From Vicugna vicugna (Eukaryota), in NCBI GenBank assembly GCA_013265495.1, contig MU057416.1, positions 614,545 to 678,544 of the forward strand: DNA of 64,000 nucleotides, read 5' to 3'. Under the pieces are notes generated by a model, which saw only the letters and a list, made by a program, of their open reading frames with translations, made no database searches and was not told the origin of the DNA. This document shows positions 24,878 through 38,931 of this stretch, in pieces. Position 1 is the first letter of the stretch; each line of letters starts with the position of its first letter. The position numbers were made by a program, and so were the translations under genes.

Positions 24878-26407
24878 TCAGACTTCAGACAATACAACAA
24901 AGCTACAGTAATCAAAACAGCATAGTATTGACACAGAAACAGACTTTGCGATCAACAGAACAGAATAGGGAGCCCAGAAATAAACCCACACACCTACAGT
25001 CAATTAGTCTTTGACAAAAGAGGCAAGCATGCACAAGGAGGAAAAGACAGTCTCTTCAGCAAGTGGCATTGGGAAAACTGGACAGCCACACGTAAGTCAG
25101 TGAAATCAGAACACACCCTCCTACCATACACAAAAATAAACTCAGGGTGGTTTAAGGACCTACATATAAGACACAACACCTTATAACCCCTAGAAGAGAA
25201 CAGAGGCAAACATTCTCTGACATAAATTGTAGCAATGTTTTTTTAGATAAGTTACCCAAGGCAAAAGAAATAGAAGTGAAAATAAACAAATGGGACCTAA
25301 TCAAACATAAAAGCTTTTGCACAGCAAAGTAGACCATTGACTAAATGGAAAGACAACCTACTTAGCGGGAGAAAATATTTTCAAACAATGTGACCAACAA
25401 GGGATTAATTTCCAAAATATGCAAATAGCACACATAGCTCGATATTGAAAAAACAAACAACCCAATCAAAAAATAGGACAAATACCTTAGAAATATACGT
25501 TCCTCCAAGGAGGACATCCAGATGGCCAACAGGCACATGAGAAGATGCTCAGCATCACTAATTATTAGAGAAGCGCAAATCAAAACTACAATGAGGTACC
25601 ACCTCACACCGGTCAGAATAGTCATCATCAGAAAGTCTACAAATGATAAATGCTGGAGAGGGTGTGGTGAAAAGAGAACCCTCCTACACTGCTGGTGGGA
25701 ATGTAAATTGATGCAGCCACTATGTAGGACAGTACAGAGGTTCCTTAAAAAATTAAAAATAGAGCTATTATGTGATCCAGGAATTCCACTCCTGGGCATA
25801 TATCCAGAAAAGATGAAAACCCCAATTCAAAAGGATACATGCACCCCAATATTCATAGAAGCATTATTTACAGTAGCCACAACAAGCTAACTGTCCATCA
25901 ACAGAAGATGTAGTATTCATACACAATGGAATATTGCTCAGCCATAAAAAAGAGTGAAATATTGCCATTTGCAGCAACATGGATGGACCTAGAGATTATC
26001 ATACTAAGTGAAATAAGTCAGACAGAGAAATACAAATATCATATGATATCACTTATATGTGGAATCTAAAAAAATAATACAAATAGACTTATTTTCAAAA
26101 CAGAAACAGACTCACAGTCATAGAAAAGAAACTTCTGGTTACCAAAGGGGAGAGCGAGATGGGGGAGGAATAAATTCGGAGTTTGGGATTAACAGATACA
26201 CACTGCTATGTACGAAATGGATAAACAAGGACCTACTGTATAGCAGAGGCAATTACAATATCTTGTAATAAACTATAATGGAAAATAATCTGAAAAGGAA
26301 TATACGTATATATAACAGAATTGCTTTGCTGTATACCTGAAACTAATATGGTATTTTAAATCAATGATAATTTTAAAAAATAGATATGACTAAGAAGAAA
26401 AAAAAAG
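24878..26407 (+). mobile_element. 5'-truncated L1 (ORF2 C-terminus and 3' UTR), inactive
   Basis: ORF 25522-25890 [31 protein letters not shown]...[18 protein letters not shown] is the L1 ORF2 Cys-rich C-terminus. Stops and frameshifts are present, and there is an A-rich tail. Confidence 0.95.
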
Positions 26408-27452
26408 TACAGAAGTGTTCTGGAAAGCTTTCTAGAACAAAACATCTTCAGTCATAATTTTTGTGTTTAAAGTTTCATGATTTTTGTTCTCTGCTTTTAA
26501 TCCCTCTGATTCCTTTTTTTCACTCCATAGAATATAAATTGCTTATCAAGTTTCATTCAAAAATCACATAAAGCCACATAAATAAATGATTATACCTATC
26601 TGTTACAAAAATTTAATTTCCATGTCTCTGTAACTAGAGATGGTTTCACAGAGAAGAAATCCTGTGGACTGTTAATTGTATTTAGTACAGGAGGGATTTC
26701 CACCCAAATCTGAGTTTCTCCTTTAAAATCATTCCTGGGGGCCACTTGTTAAATACTGAGCTGTAGTAACAGATTAAAGACAAAGTGCATGTGTCTGTTC
26801 ATCCAGTGCGTATGTCACGGCTCTCTCTCTAACCTGAGCCTGCAGGGAGTGTCCCGGGCCAAGCCCACCAGCGTCCACTCCACTGTCCTGTCCAGCCTGG
26901 CCCCTGAAGAGTCCCATAAACACCTGAATTTGCATCAGGACTGAGCTCATTATTTTTTCTGACTCCCACTAGCTCCTCTGGACCCCCTCTTTTCCATGAA
27001 CACAAAATTATTGAAACCTACTGGTTCCCGATGAAAGGGAGAGGATTCATGGAAGAAGATGGCACAGAATAGAATGTGTAGGGGAACCACCCCACAAGAG
27101 GCCGATGCAGTGTGGCCGACTGGAAATTACTTTGGCTTTGTTATCACATGGTCCTGTGCTGTGGTCCTGGTTCTACAACTTACTGGCTGAAGAATGCTGG
27201 GCCAGGTACTTAATCACTCTGAATATAAATTCTATTCACTGTGTACCAGTGGCCTCTGTGTCTAAGCCTGCTAAAATCCACAGGTTATAAACTGTGAATT
27301 GATTGCTCTGACTTCACTGGACCAGTTTCAAGATGCTACCTATTCATTTAAAAAACCTGAATCCAATTTTTTCAAAATATTTTAACTATGCCAGGGATTC
27401 TTTATTCATTTTACTTTCCTAGATTAAAAGAAGTGTTGATTCTGGAAAATTA

Positions 27453-29465
27453 CTTTTTTAACATTTTTTATTGATTTATAATCATTTTACAATGTTGTGT
27501 CAAATTCCATTGTAGTGCACAGTTTTTCAGTTATACATGAACATGTATATATTCATTGTCACATTTTTCCCTCTGTGAGCCACCATAAGATCTTGTATAT
27601 ATTTCCCTGTGCTATATAAAGTATAATCTTGATTATCTCTTCTACATTTTAAAATCCCAGTCTATCCCTTCCCACCCCCTGCCCCCTTGGCAACCATAAG
27701 TTTGTATTCTATGTCTATGAGTCTGTTTCTGTTTTGTATTTATACTTTGTTTTTTTGGGTTTTTTTAAGATTCCACATATGAATGATCTCATATAGTAGT
27801 TTTCTTTCTCTTTCTGGCTTACTTCACTTAGAATGACATTCTCCAGGAGCATCCATGTTGCTGCAAATGGCATTATGTTGTCAGTTTTTATGGCTGAATA
27901 GTATTTCATTGTATAAATATACCACTTCTTCTTTATCCAGTCAGCTGTTGATGGACATTTAGGCTGTTTCCATGTCTTGGCTGTTGTAAATAGTGCTGCT
28001 ATGAACATTGGGGTGCAGGTGTCATTTCGAAGTAGGATTCCTTCTGGATATATGCCCAGGAGTGGGATTCCTGGATCATACTGTAAGTCTATTCCTAGTG
28101 TTTTGAGGAATCTCCACACTGTTTTCCACAGTGGCTGCACCAAACTGCATTCCCACCAGCAGTGAAGGAGTGCTCTCTTTTCTCCACAGCCTCTCCAGCA
28201 TTTGTCATTAGTGGACTTTTGAATGATGGCCATTCTGACTGGTGTGAGGTGATACCTCATTGTAGTTTTGATTTGCATTTCTCTGATAATTAGTGATATT
28301 GAGCACTTTTTCATGTACCTATTGATCATTTGTATTTCTTCCTTGGAGGATTGCTTGTTTAGGTCTTCTGCCCATTTTTGGATGAGGTTTTTTTTTTTTC
28401 TTATTAAGTCATATGAGCTGCTTATATATTCTGGAGATCAAGCCTTTGTCGGTTTCATTTGCAAAAATGTTCTCCCATTCTGTAAGTTGTCGTTTTGTAT
28501 AACTTATGGTTTCCTTTGCTGTGCAGAAGCTTGTAAGTTTCATCAGGTCCCTTTTGTTTATTCTAGCTTTTATTTCTATTGCTTGAGTAGACTGTTCTAG
28601 GAGAACGTTTTTGAGATGTATGTCAGATAATGTTTTGCCTATATTTTCTTCTAGGAGGTTTATTGTATCTTGTCTTATGTTTAAGTCTTTGATCCATTTT
28701 GAGTTTATTTTTGTGTATGGTGTAAGGGAGTGTTCTAGCTTCATTGNNNNNNNNNNNNNNNNNNNNNNNNNNNNNNNNNNNNNNNNNNNNNNNNNNNNNN
28801 NNNNNNNNNNNNNNNNNNNNNNNNNNNNNNNNNNNNNNNNNNNNNNNNNNNNNNNNNNNNNNNNNNNNNNNNNNNNNNNNNNNNNNNNNNNNNNNNNNNN
28901 NNNNNNNNNNNNNNNNNNNNNNNNNNNNNGCAATTCTAGGTCTTTGATGGTTCCATATAAATTTTATTATGATTTGTTCTAGTTCTGTGAAATATGTCCT
29001 GGGTAATTGGATAGGGATTGCATTAAATCTGTAGATTGCCTTGGGCAGTGTGACCATTTTAACAATATTGATTCTTCCAATCCAAGAGCATGGAATATCT
29101 TTCCATTTTTTAAAGTCTTCTTTAATTTCCTTCATCAATGGTTTATAGTTTTCTGTGTATAATTCTTTCGCCTCCTTGGTTAGATTTATTCCCAGATATT
29201 TTATTACTTTGGGTGCTATTTTAAAGGGGATTGTTTCTTTACTTTCTTTTTCTGTTGATTCATCGTTAGTGTAAAGAAATGCAACTCATTTTTGAACGTT
29301 AATCTTGTAACCTGCTACCTTGCTGAATTCTTCGATCAGCTCTAGTAGTTTTTGTGTGGACCTTTTAGGGTCTTCTATATATATATAGTAACATGTCGTC
29401 AGCATAGAGTGATACTTTTACCTCTTCTTTTCCAATTTGGATCCCTTTTATTTCTCTTTCTTGCC
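27453..29465 (-). mobile_element. Relatively young 5'-truncated L1 (RT to 3' UTR)
   Basis: ORF2 peptides [18 protein letters not shown]...[10 protein letters not shown] and [18 protein letters not shown]. Perfect 16-bp TSD tgattctggaaaatta at 27437-27452 and 29466-29481. Confidence 0.97.
28747..28929. other. Assembly gap (183 N) inside L1
   Basis: Run of N. Confidence 0.99.
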
Positions 29466-30244
29466 TGATTCTGGAAAATTATTAACTGAGTCTTCTCCTG
29501 ATCTCACACTGTGAGTGACCCAGTGACCTCAGAGCTAAGCAATTTCAGGCCTTGGAAGAAAGATTTCAGTGTGAAGCTTGAGTGAGGCATCTGGCCTGTT
29601 CTCCTGTCTAGTAATTTGCTTAAATGCCTCTTATAAGCAGGGACCATCCTGGCCGTTGGGTGTACAAAGAGTCTTTTTAACAGTTCTGAATTACAGGTAG
29701 AAGACTTCGCTTTTTATGTTTGGGAGCCTCGAGTGTCAGTGCACCCCCATGTTCATCTTTTTCTCTCGTGCCAGCCCAGCGTCGGCGTTCGGGAGACAAC
29801 TGCTCTAACAAAGATGCTTGATAAATGACTTGCTTTAGTATCAAGTAAAAAGCAAAATAGTTCAGGGGGTATTTCCATCAGATAGTTGTTGTAAATTATC
29901 ATCAGAAAGTCACGTACACGTCACATTTCTGGCTTTCGTTTACGTATGTGCTCTTCTATGAAACAGCAATGCAGTTAGTACAGCGCAGCCTTGATTCTGG
30001 CTTCCCAGTGTTCATAAGTCTCCTTCTCTTTCTTTTTCCCACCTTCCTCTGTTACCCCCCACCCCCTGAGGTTCACACAAAGGAATCTGGGTTCCCTTCG
30101 CGGCTTTTCTACTAAGTAGCTGTGCAGCGCGACCAAGTTGCATTCACCCTCTGGGCCTTGGTTTCCTCGTCTATTGAATGTTAGGTCTTTCCAAGTCTTA
30201 CTATGTTTTTTAATTTTAACAATGTCCATAAAGGGCAAATGGAC

Positions 30245-30390
30245 AGAGAGGCAGCAGAGCAGAGTATTTAAGAGCAGAGTTTTGGAATCACACGCAGTGA
30301 GTTCAAGTCCCACCTCTGCCAAGAACAAGCCAGGCGACCCTGGTCAAATTACCTGCCCTCCCTGGGCCTCCCTTCCATCCATGGGCCAGT
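30245..30390 (+). mobile_element. MIR SINE
   Basis: 'tttaagagcagagttttggaatcacac...gttcaagtcccacctctgcc...gaccctggtcaaattacc'. Confidence 0.7.
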
Positions 30391-30744
30391 GTGGACCAAG
30401 ACCCTTTGCTGCGTGGAAGACTTCCTCGTAACACTGAGCAAGAGCGCTTGTTTCACACGGCCCTCTCATCTGACTGAGCCGCTCAGAGCCTGCTCCCTCT
30501 CAACCTGAGCAGAAGGCGAGGGCGGGGAAAGAGACGGCAGGAGCGGTCCTGGTGCTGTCGGTGGACCTGCGGACCGGTTTAGATGCACCATGCAAACCGA
30601 GGCTGTTTCGAACTCGGAAGAGAAAGGTTTTCTGAATTATGCTGTTTTCTTCACAGAAGTATTAAAGTTAACATGATATGTAAGACGTACGTGGTGTGTA
30701 TTTAACACTCCTGTGAGACACAAGTGCTGCCAAATCACCAGGCC

Positions 30745-31030
30745 TTTTTTTTAATTGAAGGACACTCGATTTGCAATGTGGTGGTAGTTTGTGATGTATG
30801 GCAGAGTGAGTCAGCTATATACACATATTCCTTTTCATATTCTTTTTCATTTAGGCCATTCCAAGATATTGAATAGAGTTCCCGTGCTGTACAGTAGGAT
30901 CTTGTTGTTTATCTATTTTATACATAGTAGTTTGCATCTGCTAATCCCGAACTCCTGATATATCCTTCCACCCACCCCACTTTCCGCTCTGGTGACCATA
31001 AGTTTGTTTTCTGTGTCTGTGAGTCTCTTT
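30745..31030 (-). mobile_element. 5'-truncated L1 3' UTR
   Basis: 'tttttttaattgaag...tgaatagagttcccgtgctgtacagtagg...ggtgaccataagtttgttttctgtgtctgtgagtct'. Confidence 0.88.
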
Positions 31031-31750
31031 CATCTGGAGACTCTCCTGGAAAAGAAGCCCCTTCCGAGCTCATGCAGGTTCTGGGCAGAACCCGCTTCCT
31101 TGCTGTCCTCCAATTGAGAAACAGACGTCCGGCAGTGTCAGCTGCCGACCACCCTTGGACCCTGGGGGTGCCTGTCCGTCCCGGGCCTGCCTGCAGCTCC
31201 TGGCGGAGCGCTCCCTCCCTTGGGCTGCCGGCTCCGTCACCCGAGCAAGAAGAGTCTCTCACTGCAGTTGGCTAAGACAGGACCTGTCACGGGAATGCTA
31301 GCCGATCACCACCTTCTGATTCTACTGATTAGAAGCAAGTCACCTGTCCCTTCCGTACGCAAGGGGAGGAGCTTCTGAAGGGCGTGGACATGGCGCATCA
31401 TGCTGCCTCCTCTTTGTTCTCTTACTGTCATTGTTTGTGCTGTGTTATTAGAAAACAAGTGCTTTGACATGGAAGGTGTCAGAGTCCATTTGATCAGTAC
31501 AACAATTTACCCTAGATGGGGTGGGAGACTGGGTGCCAGCGTGGTTGGGTCCTGGTGGGATCCTGCCCCTGGTGCAGAGCTGCCTTCTCGCTGTGGCCTC
31601 GCACGGCGGGAAGGGCGCTGACCCCACTAAAGAGCCTGCCACCCTTATGACGTCATCACTGCCAAAGGCCCCCGCCCCTCATGCCATCACCTGGGGGCTT
31701 AGAATGTCCACACCTGAACTGGGGGAGCACAGACATTCAGTTGGCTGCAG
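31031..31750 (-). mobile_element. MaLR LTR fragments (older MLT1 at 31031-31400; MLT1A-like at 31510-31750)
   Basis: 'ttccgagctcatgcaggttctgggcagaacc', 'gattagaagcaagtcac', and 'ccatcacctgggggcttagaatgtccacacctgaactgggggagcacagacattcag'. Confidence 0.65.
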
Positions 31751-34109
31751 AAGGCATAGGAGAGGGACTGAAATTTGAGTCTCCTCTTTCTCCCTTGACA
31801 CCTCTAGAGAGGAGGCTGAAGCTGTAAGAAATACCTGTTTCCTTCCAAAAGTCCAGCTGTCTGTGTCGTTCCAGGGCCCCACGACCACAGGTGACCGAGC
31901 TGACCACCTTCCACTTTAATAAGTTTACTAAATGGCCTCAGGGACAGTGCACGCATGAGTCACACCCGTCAGGACATCCTTAGGGCCCTGTGTATATCCT
32001 CTGTAAGGAAGAGAATGCATCTTTCTTTGGCTAAGAACTTCAGTTTTGAATGTTCATCAGAAACATTGTCTGGATGGAAGCAGACAGACTGTGAAGGCAC
32101 AGCTGTTGGTTGCAGAGAACCGGGCACGTCTGCAGCCTGGTCGTGCTCCTGCAGTGTACATACAACGCCCTTTAGAAACCAGAAAGTTGGGTTTCAGCTA
32201 TTCGGTCATTGACGATCATCTGGAAGCCAGCTTAATCTGGTTTCTAGTGTCTGTTTGAAAAGCCCACGGCCAGGCCTGTTTGGGCGCTGTTTTTGCCTTT
32301 TGAGGATTAAATGTAAAGCATGAAGGTGACAGAAGAACAGCCTTGCAGGACAGACTCCCTTCCTGCTGGGCTTCCGTGCTCAGCTTCCTGCCCAGGGCTG
32401 GGAGAGGGAGGGGCCGGAGGCCCGTGCGTGTCAGCAGCCCTGCCCCTCCTCCTCCCCTTCCTCACACACCTGATGCTTACTGGGCCCCTTGGGCTCCTGG
32501 GGCCCCTGGTAAGAAGCCTCGCACACCGAGCAGGTGTCCTCGGGCGCCCCTCTGGGGGCCTCTGCCTGGCGGTTCCTGTGCTGCTCCGTCTCCTCAGGCG
32601 AGAAGGTTCGTGTCGTGGAGTTTCTCTGCAGCATTTTATTGTCTTAAGACCCGGCTGCCAAGCAGCTTTTGGATGAAGGAAACACCTGTCATCCTAGGTC
32701 TCCAGTGGAGCGTTCAAAATGCAGGTTAGAAGCTCTTGCACATCCTTACCGATGGCTTGACCGCAGTCAGACACCTGGCCTAAGCTCAGAAGACTTTGTT
32801 TGCCAAGGAATCTTTTAAAAATTAGTACTATGTCAAGACAAAAGGGTGACAAACAGGGCTATTTCTTCCATCCTGTTATGCCCCATTGTTTTGTCTCTCT
32901 AACAAGACTGCAAACGCCTGTGTGTGTGTGGGCTCCGGCCACGTCCTATTGTTGGTCAAGCAATGCCGGGGACGAGGCAGGACCTCAGTAACGCATCCAT
33001 CGATGGCCTGAATCTCTACCCGTCTAGGCCCACTTACTTTTTCCGCTCTTAATTATAGCACTAAATCCACACTGACCTTGGAAACTCTTTGAAATATATT
33101 ACATAGTTTTTCTTTGACAAGGTGGTCGCGTTAATGGTTCAAAGTAGAGCAGCGAGGTGCAGTATGATCTCCACGCCCAGCCTGCAAGGCCAGCACTTCA
33201 CGCCGCACCAGCACCGTCAGGAGAAAACCGTCAGGCAGCAGTGACTAATAAGGAAGGCCTTTCCCGGCAGCTGGAGGCCAGCACTGGGGAGCTTCCTCTT
33301 GACCCAAGACCAGGAGCCCTCAGCCCAGCTGCGACCTAACCGGACATGCCAGGCCTCCCTCCGCAGTTACTGTGTGTTTATTTATAAACCGTTGGTATAG
33401 TAACGAGATGGGGGAAATGGAGGGACATTTAGGTGCTGTTAATTTGAAAGTCCCTGTGGGTGTGTTAGGACCCTTAGCTGCTGCGGGTCTGTGGCTCAGA
33501 CTTTTCTTCTTTCTGGGTGACGTGATAGATGCTCAACACTGGGGACTTTGAACGTGAAGTGAAGTGGGCGGCTGGAAGTCTGCGGGCAGCTAAAGGAGAG
33601 GACGGCAGCGTAGCCGCACCTGCTGAGCGCTTACGAGGCGCCAGGCCCTCGGAGCGGCCCTGCAGCGCAGGGGGTGCTCCTGCCCAGGGCGGAACTGAGG
33701 CACTGCCCCAAGTCCACACGCAGCCACCAGCAGAGCTCGGGTTCGAGGCAGTGCAGTCCAAGCCCGAGTTCCTGGACGCTCACTGCTCTTTTGCCTTATT
33801 CCCAACAGTGGCAAAACAAAACAAAAGCACTTAAACCACTCCTAACAAGCTGTGGAAAAAGCCAAAACCCTTCCATGCACGCTGCTGTATTGTTTATATA
33901 TGAGACTGCCTCAGATTTTTCGAGAGCAAAATATTTGGAAATTAGGAAAACGTTTTTCGGTTAACTTAGATAACACCCCCCCCAAATGAGACAAGATAAA
34001 CACTCCTTTAAATTTAAAGAGCAAATTGTCAGTGAGGCAGTTTTCACAGTCTATGAAACGTTGTTTTTCATTTCGCCATCATAATTTTTCCAGAAACTGA
34101 CAGTTAAGC

Positions 34110-34160
34110 GATTGACACATTGTAACTGACTATACTTCAATTAAAAAAGAAAATTTAAAA
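34110..34160 (+). mobile_element. Very short L1 3' tail
   Basis: 'attgacacattgtaactgactatacttcaattaaaaaagaaaa' matches L1 termini at ~8715-8750 and ~45735-45775. Confidence 0.75.
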
Positions 34161-35609
34161 ATTTGAGTCAAGAGGAATGAGACTTAGGGGACACAGAGGA
34201 AGTTCCCTTTCCAGAAAGATTCCCCTCCTCCTTTACCCTCTTCCAGCAACACTGCCCCCTAATTGGCCATTGACTTGAGGTAACACATGTCGCTCACGGA
34301 ACTCAAAGCCCTGGAGAGGGAAGGTCGCTTCCTCGCGGGTACCTCACGAGGTGCAAGTTGTTCCAGTGAGCCTCCTCTAACATCCACCTAATGCCCAGCC
34401 CCGGGGTGACTTGAATTGTCAGTGGTGGTTGGGATGGGGAGTTACTTTGAAACGTAAGAAACTGGGTATTTGAGTTGTCTTGAATATTGTGGGACTCGGC
34501 CACAGCAGAGCCTCAAGCAGGATGTGAAGGTCAAAGAGAACCAAGAAATGGAGACTGGAGGGAAGGTTTGATCACATTTGCAGCAGGGCGACCTCCAGAC
34601 AAGGGAGGACACCTGCTCCAGACTCTGAGCCCTGGAAGCAGGTGACGGCAGTGCCACTGGGCTGGAAGGTCTCTCCACGACTTGGCCAGCGTGGCTGGAG
34701 CACAGCCATGGCCAGATCTGCGTGCTCCCCAGGCCTCTCCTCCGTGCCCTCCGCCGCCTGCCACCTGCTCCAGCCTGTCAGGTGTCCTCAGCTGAGCTGC
34801 TTCCAAGGTCCAAAATAGTGGCCAGTTGAGCTCAGTACCCAGGGAACTGCATTGCCCTTTCTCTGTGTCTGGGGCTTATTTTATTGCATTTTAAAAATTC
34901 AGAGCAGTCTCACCTTGACTCAGACTGTCCACAGCTGTGGCACAGGGATTTTTTTTAGCCAAAATGGGGCGTGAGGTTTCCTTGGGTCTTTGTATTTTCT
35001 GATGCATTCAGGCACAAAGAAGGACCAGCCCTGACATGAATAAGGCTTAACCCTAGAGCTGTTTGCTAGTTAGTTAGTTAGCTAGCTAGTTCTTCTCCTG
35101 TATTCTGTTACGCATCTGGTAGATGGGGGTCACACGCACATCACTGCCCCGTAGTCGTGCTGGGTGAAAACAGACTTAAGAGGTGAACCGTAGTGACGCC
35201 AGCAGCTGCTGGTATGACGGGATGGGCCACTCACTGGGGCAGAGAGAGGCCACGAGCTCCGGGCAACCTCTCAGCAGCACGTCGCTAACGCCATTCTTTT
35301 CTTTAAAGGGAAAATGCTCATACATGTGAGTGGGTTGTAGGATCAACTTCAGACCCACCCTGAGTTTATTTTTTGGGCATGACTATAAAGCAGTTCTTAC
35401 AATATGCTGGTGGTTTCAATGCTGTGTGAAGTGGTGACGTGTCACTTCCCGCACCCTGACCAGAGGTGGTCACTCACAGCGAGTCACGACTCATCCTCTG
35501 ACATCACGGCGCTGAGACGTGAGAAGGCCAGCACCCCGTCCGATGTGGGGCCCTTCTCTGTTTCAGAAAGTGTGAGCGATCCAGAATTAATCGGGTTCTG
35601 CACTGTCAT

Positions 35610-35991
35610 TGTGATGGGCTGAACTGTGTCCCCGCAAAACAAGCAAAGAAACAAAACCATGTTCAAGTCTTCACCCCCCCAGAACGTGGCTGTCCTTGGA
35701 AGTAAGGCCTTTGAAGAGGTAGCTCGGGGAGGGCCCTAATCCAGTGGGACTGGAGTCCTTCTAGGAAGAGGGAGTGAGGACACAGACACGCACAGAGGAA
35801 AGGCCACGTGAGGATGCAGGACAGGAGGGCCGGCGACAAGCCGGGGCAGAGGCCGTGGAGGGAGCCTACCTGCAGATGGCTGGACCTTGCAGTTCTAGCC
35901 TCGAGCTTCAAGGCGAAAAAACACATTTTGCAGCTTCAGTCACCCTGTCTGTGGCGCTTTGTTGTGGAAGTTCTAACAAACACGTTAATAC
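35610..35991 (+). mobile_element. MaLR solo LTR (MLT1A/B-like)
   Basis: 'tgtgatgggctgaactgtgtcccc...gggccctaatccagtgggactggagtcctt...ggccacgtgagga...ttaatacc'. Confidence 0.85.
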
Positions 35992-36859
35992 CATCAGCGA
36001 ACCTGAAAGCTTTAATTTTCCTATTGTCGGATTTCTGCTCTGGATTTGCCATAATTTACTGAGAAAAATTGCCTGGATTGAGAATCAAACGGCATGTGTT
36101 TTATTCTTAGTTTTCTTATTGGTTTCTTTTGTAAACTAAACTCTCTGAGCCTAAGTCACCCCTTCTGTAAAATCAGAGATCTGACTGCATGTGACCCCGT
36201 TTCCTGCTTCAACCAGACCAGCTCTGCTTTTATTAATATTTGATACCATGGTCTTATGTAAGATCTCATTTGAAAATGATGACTTAAATTACTTAGGATG
36301 TTTCTGAAAACCTCTGAACTCAAGGGCCCTTAAGGCGACAGCCAGTTCTCCAGTTCATCGTGCAGCCATCAGCTCTCATGCCGTTGCCATGTGATGCTTG
36401 TCAATTATCTGTTCTGTTTTCGCACCCTCCCCCCGTGACGCATTATTCTGAAACACAGAACGTGCGCGTCGTGAGTTTGTGACAGGACTGGCGTGAAGTC
36501 ACTGCTTCAGTTGCTTGAGTCCTGTATCCACTTACGACTTTGCTTCTGAGTTGGTCAGTGGGTATTTCATAATTAGCAGATAAATGGGAATTAGATTCTG
36601 TGACAGTCCTTCATACCCTCATGGCTAATTCAGGACACATCCGTAGGCCACTCCTCTTTTACTACGTGCCTTTCATGTTTGAAAAACAGCGTGGGCAAGG
36701 CAGGCCTTACAGGGACAGTTTACACTGGTGAAAATGGTTTCCTCTGTCGCTTTCCAGGTTTAGCAGCCTTAAAGCAAAATGCAGAAGTCTGTCCCTGTCT
36801 CCAGGAGCCTCGCTGATTTACTGCAGCTATGAACAGTCCCAGCCGCTAAGAAATGTCGC

Positions 36860-36980
36860 CAGTGGAGTCTTGAATCTCACTTGGTGCATTTAGGTGGGAC
36901 TAGAGATGCTGTATGTTTTTAAGCACCTTTACCAAGTGGTCCTGCTCTGGTATGAGATTGGCTGAGGACCCACTGCTTTA
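36860..36980. mobile_element. hAT-Charlie MITE remnant (MER5-like)
   Basis: 'cagtggagtcttgaa...taggtgggactagagatgctgtatgtttttaagcac...gaggacccactg', with cagtgg/ccactg inverted termini. Confidence 0.5.
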
Positions 36981-38871
36981 CACAGAGCTGGAGGAGGGGT
37001 GGGGGGGGATCAGGCAAGGGAGATGAGAAACACTCTGTCCTGGGGTGGGGTGGGGGCACTGAGGTACAGAAAGGGAGGAGAGGAGAGGAGAAAACAATAT
37101 TGGGTGGGAATAAACCACAGCTTACTCAGCATTCCACCCTGAATTACTTTGACGTATTAGCACAGCACCGTGCTGAGCTCTCCAAGGAACAGTGAGTGCT
37201 GGGATTCAAGTGAAGGTTCTGTGTGATGCTGCCTCCTCGAACAAGTCTGCCTTCAAACAGATTCCTCCAAAGGAAGCAGATTTTTAGAGATTTTAGAGTA
37301 GCTGTTTTGAGTCTGATGCCGGCCACCAAGGATGGCCGAGGTGCAGGTCCAGGGCATCCAGCGACGCACTCGAGAGATGTTTTTAATAATTCATATGCAC
37401 ATATTTATTTCCTTTTAATTTCTTTCTTCATCTTTGAAAATGCTGGACGTCTAGCAATCGTGGAATGAGTCACACTTCCCTGTTGGCAGGAAACGCCAAG
37501 TGCTTGACTGAGTCTGGGTTGAAGAAGTATCTCCCCTGCACATGGGAAGGTGGGTGACAGGACACCCCCTGGGTGGCCCTGCTGCCCTGCCCCTGCCATA
37601 ACATGCGCGCCCACCCCCCACCACACTGCCAGCGTGTAAGCAGAGGAAGGGACGGAGGATCATTGTGTTGCACAGCTGAAACTCATAGAGTATTGCATGT
37701 TAACAACTCGACAAAAATTAACTCAACAAATTGAGACAAATTCAAAAACAATACTGCCTTCTGTCCACCAGGCATTCAGATCCAGCCCCTGTCAACTGCA
37801 AACGCTTCCATGTCCCTCCTCAGCTCTGTTCTCTTCTCTTAGGCTTTTTGGTCCATATTTTTCTCATCTATAATCATGTTCTTCTCTTATCTGATCTAGA
37901 AACCCAACAAATCAACAGAGCTGCTTCGGGACAATTCTGTGCTTTCAGAAAAGCTCCCTGCTTTGTATCCGGACTTGTGCCTTTGACCCCATGGCGTGTC
38001 CTCCACCACTAACTCCTGTGACTCTAAGCCGAAGGATCAGGGGCTCTGACCCCAGACCCTGACCCCGGCAGCCTGGCCGTGTCCCGCCCACAGTTTCTGG
38101 GGTGTTACCAGACAGTTAGTCTCTGGGAAAGGGCGTCCAGCACTCTGTGGCCCTTGACACAATAGAGATCAAAAAAGAATAACGGCCAACAAATACATTA
38201 TAGCATCAGCTGGACTATGAGCAGCAGAAGGAGCAAACGTTGTTTCCCATTATGCGAAAGCTGCTATTCTGGGAGATTTTTGTTTCTTACCCGAGTGATT
38301 TTAATCTACGGATCAGCACCCTGATGGTTGACATACTGTGTTCTAGTTCATCTGAGTCACACTGATGTCTTTACATGTTTAATAATGTGGCCATAAAGTT
38401 CCCACTTTGTCGTAACATAACAGTCCTTTCCCCAGACTCTGAGGAATTCTGGTCACCTTACACTGGAACCAGCAGAACTGTGAACGGGGTAAAATTCACT
38501 CTTTTCTAGTCATCAGGTTTCCTGTTTCTTCTAGGTCAGACTCTAAATATCTGTGTACTGGTTTTAATTCAGTGTTTAGTCTAGTACTCTTCCTAATCCC
38601 AAGCTGTTGGCAGGCACATTTGGGGGGAAAAAAAGTTGATCATATTATATGTCTTAGGCGTTCGGAGACATAGAAGAGACCATCTCCATGTAGAACGCGT
38701 TGACCATGTGCTTCTTGATAACATTGTTTAATTACATAATCCCCTTTCAAAACAGTGAGCCTAACTTCTCAATGTGCAAGATGAGAACTTCTGCAGTTCA
38801 ACTAGGGACTGAACCAGCAGTTCATCATATTTATTTATTGGCATGTTTTCATCTCAAAGAAATGCAGCCTC

Positions 38872-38931
38872 AATTGGACACAACATTGTAAAATGACTAT
38901 TACTCAATAACAAAAATGTTAAAAAAAAAAA
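38872..38931 (+). mobile_element. 60-bp L1 3' tail with poly-A and TSD
   Basis: Perfect 16-bp TSD aaagaaatgcagcctc at 38856-38871 and 38932-38947. The insert matches the 3' end of the L1 at 27453. Confidence 0.9.

Noticed and set aside
25362..29138. ORFs of 110-204 aa as host genes
   Set aside because: They are L1 ORF2 fragments or their antisense frames.
30540..30560. REST/NRSF-like site (cagcacc-a-ggacc, minus strand)
   Set aside because: The spacer is one base short and there are mismatches, so it is compatible with chance.
33905..34041. 9-bp inverted repeat (actgcctca/tgaggcagt) as MITE ends
   Set aside because: Too short, no TSD, and no family similarity recognised.
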